The position numbers and the translations under genes are program-made. Shown here piece by piece: positions 22,491-34,798 of a stretch of DNA of 64,000 nucleotides; within the stretch, counting starts at the first letter, position 1; each line of letters begins with the position of its first letter. The notes under the pieces are model-generated. The model saw only the letters and a list, made by a program, of their open reading frames with translations, was not told the DNA's origin and did no database searches. Source of the stretch: an uncultured Alphaproteobacteria bacterium (GTDB lineage: Bacteria; Pseudomonadota; Alphaproteobacteria; HIMB59; GCA-002718135); the NCBI GenBank assembly GCA_902602515.1, contig CACKRG010000005.1, positions 1,245 through 65,244 of the forward strand, in the 5' to 3' direction.

Positions 22491-23456
22491 ATGCAATATG
22501 ATAACATAAATGGTTTAGAAAAAAGTATATCAAAACTTATTATGGGTAATGATAACCAAACTGATTATGATGAAGCTGCTAAATTATGGGATCACTGGGT
22601 AGAGGTAGGAGGAAATGCATTTGATAATGCGCATATTTATGGTGGAGGCTCTATGGAGACCCTCTTGGGGAAATGGCATAAATCAAGAAATAATTTAAAC
22701 GATCTTGTAATAATTGCAAAAGGAGCACATACACCAAATTGCAATCCACAAAGTATCACAATACAACTTAGTGAGTCATTGGATAGACTAAAATGTGAAA
22801 GTGCTGATATTTATATAATGCACAGAGACAATACCGAGATCCCTGTTAGTGAGTTTATTGATGTTTTGAATGAAGAAAAACAAAAAGGAAGAATAAAGAT
22901 ATTTGGTGCTTCAAACTGGACTTTACAACGCTTTCAAGAAGCTAATGAGTGGGCAAAAAAAAATAATAAATTTGGTTTTAGTATTTTAAATAATAATTTA
23001 GCACTTTGTAAAATGATTAAACCTCTTTGGTCAGGATGTATTTCATCAAATAACAAAAAAATTTTAGACTACCTTGAAAGTACAAATACAGCACACCTAT
23101 CATGGTCGAGTCAAGGCAGGGGTTATTTTCTTCCTGATCAAATTACAAAAAAAATTGAAGATCAGATTACTAAGGATGAAACTTGGAGAAAACAAGGAGA
23201 GCACTCCAGTGGACCTCTTAGTTGCTTCGAAAGTGAAGATAATCGTGAAAGAAAAAAAAGAGCTAAATCACTCGCAATAAAAAAGAATACAACTGCACAG
23301 AATATTGCAGGAGCATGGCCAATAAATTTAAATTTTCCATCATTTGCCTTAATCGGCCCACGTAAAATTCAAGAAATAGATTCTAGTTTAAACAATTTGA
23401 AAATTAATTTAAGTAGTGAAGAAATTAATTGGTTAAATCTGATGGAGAAATTTTAA
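22491..23456 (+). CDS. aldo/keto reductase family oxidoreductase
   Basis: 321 aa with an AKR-like N-terminal block (GGNAFDNAHIYGGGSMETLLGKW) and IFGASNW. Confidence 0.75.
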   Translation: MQYDNINGLEKSISKLIMGNDNQTDYDEAAKLWDHWVEVGGNAFDNAHIYGGGSMETLLGKWHKSRNNLNDLVIIAKGAHTPNCNPQSITIQLSESLDRLKCESADIYIMHRDNTEIPVSEFIDVLNEEKQKGRIKIFGASNWTLQRFQEANEWAKKNNKFGFSILNNNLALCKMIKPLWSGCISSNNKKILDYLESTNTAHLSWSSQGRGYFLPDQITKKIEDQITKDETWRKQGEHSSGPLSCFESEDNRERKKRAKSLAIKKNTTAQNIAGAWPINLNFPSFALIGPRKIQEIDSSLNNLKINLSSEEINWLNLMEKF

Positions 23457-23457
23457 C

Positions 23458-24228
23458 ATGAATAAGGTTGATATTTCATTTCAACTATATACTGCAAGAA
23501 AATTTGAACCTTATAAAAATGTATTAGAGTATATTACATCAACAGGAATTAAAAATGTAGAATTATTTGCATTATCAGATTTTGATGAAAAGGAATTACA
23601 TGATTTACTACAACAAAATAATTTAACAGCATTATCTGCTCATATAAGTTTTGAAAGTTTTGAAAATCTAAAGGATACTATAAAAAAAATTAAATATTTA
23701 AATATTAGACATGCAATAATACCTGCTCCGAAAGCAATACCAAGTAAAGATTTTCAGGAATCTTTTAATTTAAATGAAAGTGAATGGGTACAATTTGGCA
23801 AAGAAATTTCAGAGTATATTAAAATTTTTCAGGATCAAGGCTTAACACTTGGTTATCATAATCATTCATTTGAATTTTTGAAGCTTCCTAATGGAAAATA
23901 TCCAATGGAATTAATTTTAGATCAAGACGAAAATTTAAAATTTGAAATTGATTTAGGATGGACAACTGCTGGTAAAACTAATCCTATTGATTGGATTGAT
24001 AAATATAAAAATCGAATCATTGCTTGTCATTTAAAAGATTTTTATTCTAATAAGGACATGCTTAATCATTCAAATCAATGTCCAATTGGAGAGGGGTTTA
24101 TTAATTGGAAAGAATTATTAAGTAAAATATCAGATACACCTTGTGAAGTTATTGCAATAGAGCACGATGACCCAAATGATTATAAAGAATATATTAATAA
24201 ATCACTAAAATATTTAACTAAAATTTAA
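23458..24228 (+). CDS. sugar phosphate isomerase/epimerase (xylose-isomerase-like TIM barrel)
   Basis: 256 aa with family-typical blocks (GYHNHSFEF, EIDLGW, HLKDF, IEHDD). Confidence 0.8.
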   Translation: MNKVDISFQLYTARKFEPYKNVLEYITSTGIKNVELFALSDFDEKELHDLLQQNNLTALSAHISFESFENLKDTIKKIKYLNIRHAIIPAPKAIPSKDFQESFNLNESEWVQFGKEISEYIKIFQDQGLTLGYHNHSFEFLKLPNGKYPMELILDQDENLKFEIDLGWTTAGKTNPIDWIDKYKNRIIACHLKDFYSNKDMLNHSNQCPIGEGFINWKELLSKISDTPCEVIAIEHDDPNDYKEYINKSLKYLTKI

Positions 24229-24229
24229 A

Positions 24230-25354
24230 ATGAATATTGGTATAATTGGATGTGGAAATATCTCTGATACATATTTTGATTCCCAGCAAATTTTCAATAA
24301 TATTAATATAATAGGATGTTCTGACATATTACAAGGTTTAGCTGATAGCAAAGCAGAAAAATATCAAATAAAGTCTTATTCTGTAGAAGGTTTACTAAAG
24401 AATAAAAATATAGATATTATACTTAATTTAACAACTCCAAATGTTCATAAAGATATTATTATTAAATCGCTTAAAAATGGGAAACATTGTTTTAGTGAAA
24501 AACCTCTAGCAACTAATTTTATGGATGGATTAGAAATAGAAGAAACTGCAAAAATAAATAATTTACAAGTCGGTTGTGCACCTGATACATTTTTAGGAGC
24601 TGCAGGTCAAAAGGCAAGATCTTTAATTGAAAATCAAGAAATAGGTAAAGTTGTATTAGGAACATTCAATATTATGTCTCATGGTATGGAAGACTGGCAT
24701 CCAAACCCCGAATTTTTCTTTAAACCAGGTGCAGGCCCAGTTTTTGATCTAGGCGTATATTATTTAACTCAATTAATTAATCTTAATGGCCCAATTAGAA
24801 GTGTAACTGCTTCTAGTTCTACTGTTCAACAAAAAAGAATTATATCAAGCAAGCCGAGATTTGGAGATAAAATAACTGTAGAAACTCCTACAACTTTAAT
24901 GGGAATATTAGAGTTTCATAATGAAGCAAAAATACAATTTAATTGTTCATGGGATATTTGGAAACACTCTCATACGAATATGGAACTGTATGGTTTAGAT
25001 GGATCTATGATAATACCTGACCCAAATTTCTTTAGTGGTAGTATTTTAGTTTCAAATAAAAATAATAAATGGAAGGACGTGAATAATGATGGAATGCTCT
25101 TAGGTATACCCAATACTACTGATAATAATGGAAAAAAAATAGCTAATTATAGAGGTATAGGCTTATCAGATATGATTAATTCTATTTTAAAAAATAAAAA
25201 ACCAAGATGTTCATTAGACCTTTCACTTCATGTATTGGAAGTAATGGAAAGCATAATTACTTCATCAGAAAAAGAAAATAAAATTTATTTAAAGACTAAA
25301 CCTCAAAAACCTGAAATTTTAACTGAAAGCGAAATTAGCTTATTAAAAATTTAA
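24230..25354 (+). CDS. Gfo/Idh/MocA-family oxidoreductase (second copy)
   Basis: 374 aa with IGIIGCGNIS and FSEKPLA motifs. It is the last gene of the tightly packed operon. Confidence 0.85.
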   Translation: MNIGIIGCGNISDTYFDSQQIFNNINIIGCSDILQGLADSKAEKYQIKSYSVEGLLKNKNIDIILNLTTPNVHKDIIIKSLKNGKHCFSEKPLATNFMDGLEIEETAKINNLQVGCAPDTFLGAAGQKARSLIENQEIGKVVLGTFNIMSHGMEDWHPNPEFFFKPGAGPVFDLGVYYLTQLINLNGPIRSVTASSSTVQQKRIISSKPRFGDKITVETPTTLMGILEFHNEAKIQFNCSWDIWKHSHTNMELYGLDGSMIIPDPNFFSGSILVSNKNNKWKDVNNDGMLLGIPNTTDNNGKKIANYRGIGLSDMINSILKNKKPRCSLDLSLHVLEVMESIITSSEKENKIYLKTKPQKPEILTESEISLLKI

Positions 25355-25956
25355 TTAATAATCTTTTGATAGCTTTCATTATTTTGATTAAACAAAATTT
25401 CATTAAATTTTGATAAGTTATAATCTACATTTTTTAACATAGAATTAAATTCAGATCTTTTTGTTACAACAAGTGATATATCAGCAACAATTAGATCTAT
25501 AACAAAAAATCTATCCTTAGACTTCTTAACCCTCCAAGTTACTACTAAAGAACCCGTTTCAGAAAAAATTTCCATATCAATTAAAATTATTTTATTTTTT
25601 TTATCTATTTTTGATTCAGATAACTGATATTTTTGATTAGAATAACCTTGCATCATAGACGCAATATTGAGAGCTAAATGGCGTTTGAAGTTTTTAACAT
25701 ATTCTTTTTTTGTATCTTTAGATGCCTTGTTCCAAGCTTCACCAGCTACAAATTTTGCTATACCTGTACCTGCGAAGTTATTATTAATAGTTTGCTCAAT
25801 CATTAGGAATCTATTTTCATTTGGAAGATCGACATTTTGATATGAGATTAAAATTTTATCTATTTCTTCTTTTAGCCAATCAGCAGAATCATCTCCAAAC
25901 GCCAAATTAATATTAAGAAAAAAGGTAAAAAAAATACATAAAAAGGTATTCTTCAT
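25351..25956 (-). CDS. mlaC: MlaC/Ttg2D-like phospholipid-binding periplasmic protein
   Basis: 201 aa with a signal peptide and toluene-tolerance Ttg2D-like blocks (FVAGEAWNKAS...KEYVKNFKRHL). It is adjacent to mlaA. Confidence 0.65.
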   Translation of the reverse strand: MKNTFLCIFFTFFLNINLAFGDDSADWLKEEIDKILISYQNVDLPNENRFLMIEQTINNNFAGTGIAKFVAGEAWNKASKDTKKEYVKNFKRHLALNIASMMQGYSNQKYQLSESKIDKKNKIILIDMEIFSETGSLVVTWRVKKSKDRFFVIDLIVADISLVVTKRSEFNSMLKNVDYNLSKFNEILFNQNNESYQKIIN

Positions 25957-26741
25957 TAATCAAATTCAATACTTATTAGAGGTAATGGTGTTAATTCACT
26001 ATCATCAATATTATTAATTGCTGCTTTTCTATTTTGATAATAAGAGCTTCTTACAGCTGCATAGTAATCAACTGAATTATCCCTTAATGCATTAACTTCA
26101 TCTATAATTTTAGATCTTTGATCAACTGCATTTGCTGCTGTTCTCATTGGTACAAACCAGGCTTCACCCTCACTTAATGCATAAGCATTGATCGGATCTG
26201 TCATCATTGTCATGACCATTCCGGTAGTATCTCTTAAATTTGAAGGACCAAATAAAGGTAACACTAAATAAAAACCATCACCTATTCCCCAAGTTGCAAG
26301 AGTTTGTCCAAAATCTTCTTCTTTTTCTTCTAATCCAACTTTTTCTGCTACATCTATCAAACCAAATATTCCAATTGTTGAGTTTAAAACAAACCTGCCT
26401 GATGACTGTACTGCATTTTCTCCTTGACCTTGAAGTAACTGATTTACTACAACTAATGGAGTTCTTAAATTACTAAGGAAATTACTAATTCCACTTTGTA
26501 ATGGAGAGGGTAATTTTTTATATCCTTTTGCTATTGGTTCTAAAATAATTTTATCTGCAGCATTATTAAAACTGAATATCGCGCGGTTAATAGGTTCTAT
26601 GGGATCATATATTTCATCATCAATTTTTGTTGTTTCATAATCATCTGGTTCAGCGGTTACTTGATCAGAAGCTGATCCATATAAATTAAATGAAATTAAT
26701 GTAATTAAGACAAGAATTAGAGAGTAGTATTTACTTTTCAT
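25956..26741 (-). CDS. mlaA: MlaA/VacJ-family outer-membrane lipoprotein
   Basis: 261 aa with the VacJ signature EPINRAIFSFNNAADKIILEPIAKGY...FLSNLRTP...NQLLQG. Confidence 0.85.
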   Translation of the reverse strand: MKSKYYSLILVLITLISFNLYGSASDQVTAEPDDYETTKIDDEIYDPIEPINRAIFSFNNAADKIILEPIAKGYKKLPSPLQSGISNFLSNLRTPLVVVNQLLQGQGENAVQSSGRFVLNSTIGIFGLIDVAEKVGLEEKEEDFGQTLATWGIGDGFYLVLPLFGPSNLRDTTGMVMTMMTDPINAYALSEGEAWFVPMRTAANAVDQRSKIIDEVNALRDNSVDYYAAVRSSYYQNRKAAINNIDDSELTPLPLISIEFD

Positions 26742-26810
26742 GTTATATTTATAATTTGATATAGTTATAATTGTTTATAAATCACAATATAATTATATTA
26801 TAGCAAAAAA

Positions 26811-31053
<4,243 letters not shown>

Positions 31054-31851
31054 TTAAAAAATCTTTGTTAATTTATCAAGAATAGAATTATTATTTTTTA
31101 TTTTTTTAACCAAGTTATAGCTATAACGATACCATTTTGTATCTGGATAATTGTGTCCTAACACTGCTGCTATTTCTATGCTTTCTTGTATCATACCCAT
31201 TTCATAATATGCTTCAACCATTCTATGCAAAGCTTCTGGTGTAAATTTAGTCATTGAATAATCTTGAACTACTATCTTAAATCTATTCAGTGCCGCCGTA
31301 TATTTTTTTTCTTTGAGATAAAATCTTCCTATATCCATATGTTTCGCAGCTTTATTAGATTTTATTAATATTATTTTTTGTAAACTATCTTTAGTGTATT
31401 CACTCTCGGGAAATCTGGCTATAACCTGATTAAAGCTCTCTAAAGCTATTTCATTAAATTGACCATCTAATTCAAAATGATTGATTTGTTCATAATTATT
31501 GACCGCTATCATATAATAAGCATAATCTAAGTTATTATGAGATGGATACTTAAGTATAAATTTTTTAAATTTAGATATTGAGCTATCATAATCCATTTGT
31601 AGATACTTTATAAATCCAACCATAACTTCACTTTGAATAGATTCATTTGAAAGGGGATAAAGTTTTTGTAAATTTTTAAATTCTTCTTCTGCCAATAAAA
31701 AATTTTGGTTATCAAAAAAATTCATTCCGGAGACATATATTTCTTCTGGACTTCTAAGGTTTATAGTATCGTTAGTACTTGTTTTTTTTAATGATGAACA
31801 TCCTAAAAAAAGTGGTAAAATGAAAATAATTGATAAAATTATTTTATGCAT
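31054..31851 (-). CDS. bamD: outer-membrane protein assembly factor BamD (YfiO-like TPR lipoprotein)
   Basis: 265 aa with a lipobox (LFLGCSS), TPR-like repeats and a BamD-like motif (YPxSxY..A). Confidence 0.75.
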   Translation of the reverse strand: MHKIILSIIFILPLFLGCSSLKKTSTNDTINLRSPEEIYVSGMNFFDNQNFLLAEEEFKNLQKLYPLSNESIQSEVMVGFIKYLQMDYDSSISKFKKFILKYPSHNNLDYAYYMIAVNNYEQINHFELDGQFNEIALESFNQVIARFPESEYTKDSLQKIILIKSNKAAKHMDIGRFYLKEKKYTAALNRFKIVVQDYSMTKFTPEALHRMVEAYYEMGMIQESIEIAAVLGHNYPDTKWYRYSYNLVKKIKNNNSILDKLTKIF

Positions 31852-31885
31852 ACAATATATATATATCTTCTAGACTTAAATTTGA

Positions 31886-32632
31886 ATGAAATTAATTAAA
31901 AATTATCAATCACCTAATTTTAATAATAGAAAAAGAGGGAAGCCTGTATATATTATAATACATTATACAGCTTTAAAAAATTATAAAGAGGCACTATTGT
32001 ATTTATGCGATAAAAGAAAAAAAGTGAGTTCTCATTTTTTAATCAATCAAAATGGATATATTTATAATTTAGTCAATTTAAACAAAAGAGCTTGGCATGC
32101 TGGAACTTCATATTGGGAAGGTAACAGAGATATTAATTCGATGTCTATAGGAATTGAATTAGATTTTAGTTCAAATAAAGATAACAATAACTTTTCTAAA
32201 AAAATGATTAAATCTTTAATAATTATTTTAAAAAAATTAAAAAAAAAATATAAAATTAAAAGCCAAAATATACTTGCTCACTCAGATATAGCCCCTCTCA
32301 GAAAAAAAGACCCTGGAGTAAAATTTCCATGGAAAAAATTAAATAAAAATAATTTAGTTTATTATCCAAATGAAAAAATTAGATTTAATGTTAAATTAAT
32401 CAAAAAATGGTTTACTAAAAATAAATTAGTTACAAGAAAAAAAATGTGTTTATTTATGCTTGGTGTAATTGGATACAATACAATTGATATTAATAGTAAT
32501 TATTCATATGGTAAATTAGTTAGAGCTTATCAAATGCATTATCTTCAATCAAACATGTCTGGAAAATTTGATGAAATAACACTAAAATTTATGATAAAAC
32601 ATTTTTTAAATATATTGTTGACGAAAAATTAA
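31886..32632 (+). CDS. N-acetylmuramoyl-L-alanine amidase (Amidase_2/AmpD-like) with a C-terminal peptidoglycan-binding-like domain
   Basis: 248 aa with IIIHYTA, SSHFLINQNGYIY, RAWHAG.S.W, SIGIEL and AHSDIAP.RK.DPG. Confidence 0.85.
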   Translation: MKLIKNYQSPNFNNRKRGKPVYIIIHYTALKNYKEALLYLCDKRKKVSSHFLINQNGYIYNLVNLNKRAWHAGTSYWEGNRDINSMSIGIELDFSSNKDNNNFSKKMIKSLIIILKKLKKKYKIKSQNILAHSDIAPLRKKDPGVKFPWKKLNKNNLVYYPNEKIRFNVKLIKKWFTKNKLVTRKKMCLFMLGVIGYNTIDINSNYSYGKLVRAYQMHYLQSNMSGKFDEITLKFMIKHFLNILLTKN

Positions 32633-32651
32633 AAAAAATTAAAAGTGTATC

Positions 32652-32989
32652 GATGGTGCGATGATCGCTTGAGAAATCAAGAGGAAAGTCCGGGCTCCAC
32701 TGGAAAGAAAACCAGGTAACTCCTGGCAAGTGAAAGCTTAGGGAAAGTGCAGCAGAAAGTAAACCGCCTTTGAAAGGTAAGGGTGAAAAGGTAAGGTAAG
32801 AGCTTACCGCTTTTTTGGTAACAAAAAAGGCAAGGCAAACCCTTTTTTGGAGCAAGGTCAAATAGGAATAACAATCAGTTCCAGCTGTGTTATTCGGGTA
32901 GACTGCTTGAAACAAATGGTGACATTTGTTCTAGATTAATGATCATCAATTTATTTAATTAAATTACAGAACCCGGCTTATGCACCATC
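32652..32989 (+). ncRNA. rnpB: RNase P RNA, bacterial type A
   Basis: It has the universally conserved GAGGAAAGTCCGGGCTCC (32681-32698) and the 3' conserved ACAGAACCCGGCTTAT (32967-32982). P1 is formed by GATGGTGC (32652-59) and GCACCATC (32982-89). The ends are approximate. Confidence 0.9.
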
Positions 32990-33036
32990 TTTATTTTTAA
33001 AGAACATTTAAAGAACATTTGGTATATTATCATATA

Positions 33037-33070
33037 CCCATTGACGCCCATATATTCCCATGATAACCCA
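33037..33070 (-). promoter_or_regulatory. four phased TGGGN repeats (putative MraZ operator) in the mraZ leader
   Basis: CCCA occurs at 33037-40, 33047-50, 33057-60 and 33067-70, exactly 10 nt apart. On the minus strand this reads TGGGT/TGGGA/TGGGC/TGGGT, each followed by a 5-nt spacer. An extended -10-like TGgTATATT sits at 33020-33028. Confidence 0.5.
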
Positions 33071-33076
33071 CATTGT

Positions 33077-33535
33077 ATGGATTTATTTATTTCTAAATAT
33101 TTCAATAAGATAGACAAAAAGGGTAGAGTTTCTCTTCCATCAAACTTCAGGAACGCTCTTCCTAAAAATAACAAAAATGAAATTATTTTATACAAGTCCA
33201 TTAAAACAAAATCTATTGAAGGATGTGGAGTTGGAAGACTTAAAGAAATTTCAAAAAGAATTAATAATTTAGATTTTTTTTCAGAAGACTATGATGATTT
33301 CTCAACATCAATATTTTCTGAAATTATTACAACGAATGTTGATAAAGAGGGAAGATTTTTAATACCAGAAGATTTAAAGTTATATGCTGGCATTCAAACA
33401 GATGCAGCTTTTTTTGGTCAGGGATATTTTTTTCAAATATGGGAGCCTAAAAAAGGTTTAAAAAATATAGAAGCTTCAAGAAAAAGACTACTAGAAGAAA
33501 AAAAATCATTACGCTTGATGTTAACACAAAAATAA
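33077..33535 (+). CDS. mraZ: transcriptional regulator MraZ
   Basis: Start moved to MDLFISKYFNKIDKKGRVSLPSNFR, the canonical MraZ N-terminus. There are two SpoVT/AbrB-like halves (second half: VDKEGRFLIPEDL). The track start at 33041 would put the operator-like repeats inside the coding sequence. Confidence 0.88.
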   Translation: MDLFISKYFNKIDKKGRVSLPSNFRNALPKNNKNEIILYKSIKTKSIEGCGVGRLKEISKRINNLDFFSEDYDDFSTSIFSEIITTNVDKEGRFLIPEDLKLYAGIQTDAAFFGQGYFFQIWEPKKGLKNIEASRKRLLEEKKSLRLMLTQK

Positions 33536-33539
33536 TAAT

Positions 33540-34478
33540 ATGGAAAATTCACATAAACCAGTAATGATAAATGAAATAATATCTTTTTTACCAACAGAAA
33601 AATCAATAAATGTTATGGATGCAACTTTTGGTGGTGGTGGATACTCAAAGACTATTCTAGAAAAACTGAAAGTAAATCAGTTATTAGCTATAGATCGAGA
33701 CCCAATTTCAAAAATTTTTTCTAAAGAAATAGAATCTGAATATTCAAATTTTAATCTTATTAACGATAAGTTTAGTAGAATTGAACAAATAGTTAATAGT
33801 ATGAATTTTAAAGATAAAAAATTTGATATTATACTTTTTGACTTAGGCCTAAGTTCTAATCAATTAAATAATCCAAAAAGAGGTTTTTCATTCAATAATG
33901 ATGGACCTTTAGATATGAGAATGGGTCTTTCTAATAAAAATGCATATGACATAATAAATAATTACGAAGAAAAAAATTTGGCAGATATAATTTATAAATA
34001 CGGTGAAGAAAGATATTCAAGAGTTATAGCAAAGGAGATAGTCAAAAATAGAAAAATAAGATTTATTAGTAATACAATAGAATTATCAAATATTGTTAAA
34101 AAATGCGTACCAAAAAAAAATAAATTAAAAAACAATATTCATCCAGCTACAAAAACATTTCAGGCAATCAGAATTTATGTAAATGATGAAATAAATGAGC
34201 TTAGAAATTGCTTGAATAAGACTTTAAATATTTTAAAAAAAGATGGCTTGATTTTAGTAGTTTCTTTCCAAAGTCTAGAAGATAGAATTGTGAAAGATTT
34301 TTTTAACCACAATAGTGGTAAACGATGGCGTTCCTCCCGCCACTACCCGGAGTTACCTGATAAGCTGGTAACTCAACTAAAGATAATCACCAAAAAACCA
34401 TTAGTCCCATCAGCTTCTGAGATTAATTCAAATCCCAGATCCAGATCAGCAAAACTTCGGGTAGCTCAGAAAATCTAA
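33540..34478 (+). CDS. rsmH: 16S rRNA (cytosine1402-N4)-methyltransferase
   Basis: 312 aa with HKPVM, DATFGGGGYS, FDLGLSS.Q, ERGFSF-like RGFSF, PATKTFQAIRI and NPRSRSAKLR. Confidence 0.95.
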   Translation: MENSHKPVMINEIISFLPTEKSINVMDATFGGGGYSKTILEKLKVNQLLAIDRDPISKIFSKEIESEYSNFNLINDKFSRIEQIVNSMNFKDKKFDIILFDLGLSSNQLNNPKRGFSFNNDGPLDMRMGLSNKNAYDIINNYEEKNLADIIYKYGEERYSRVIAKEIVKNRKIRFISNTIELSNIVKKCVPKKNKLKNNIHPATKTFQAIRIYVNDEINELRNCLNKTLNILKKDGLILVVSFQSLEDRIVKDFFNHNSGKRWRSSRHYPELPDKLVTQLKIITKKPLVPSASEINSNPRSRSAKLRVAQKI

Positions 34479-34480
34479 AA

Positions 34481-34795
34481 ATGAAATACACTAAATTAAT
34501 TTTTTCTTTTTTAATTCTTAATTTGTTTCTTGTTTTCTCAATGATATTTGTTGCTAACAATACAAGAGAAATTGAAAAAAATAATCATAATCTAAAAATA
34601 AAAATATCTGAGATTTCAGAAAATTTAAAAATCAATAAGATTGAGCTAGCTACTCACAAAAATGCTTCTTATTTAAATAAACTTTACAAATTATATTTTT
34701 TTGAAGTTCCAAATTCGAATATTCCCCAAATTGTAAAAATCGAAGAACTCTCAATGCAAAATAAAAATATTAAACTAGTTAGTTCAAACAATTAA
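34481..34795 (+). CDS. ftsL: cell division protein FtsL-like
   Basis: 104 aa with a single N-terminal TM helix followed by a coiled-coil-like region. Its position between rsmH and ftsI is conserved. Confidence 0.7.
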   Translation: MKYTKLIFSFLILNLFLVFSMIFVANNTREIEKNNHNLKIKISEISENLKINKIELATHKNASYLNKLYKLYFFEVPNSNIPQIVKIEELSMQNKNIKLVSSNN

Positions 34796-34798
34796 TGG

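Noticed and set aside
17184-25354. The tRNA-Met-adjacent sugar block considered as a demonstrable mobile genomic island.
   Set aside because: I found no integrase, no transposase and no direct repeat of the tRNA 3' end at the distal boundary (about 25.35 kb), which abuts mlaC with a 4-nt overlap. My spot G+C counts overlap those of core genes. Only an accessory status can be suggested, and that needs comparative data.
32589-33201. Three minus-strand ORFs: 32589-32915, 32677-32874 and 32959-33201.
   Set aside because: The first two overlap the RNase P RNA gene. The third covers the mraZ promoter and operator region and the mraZ 5' end. None has coding support.
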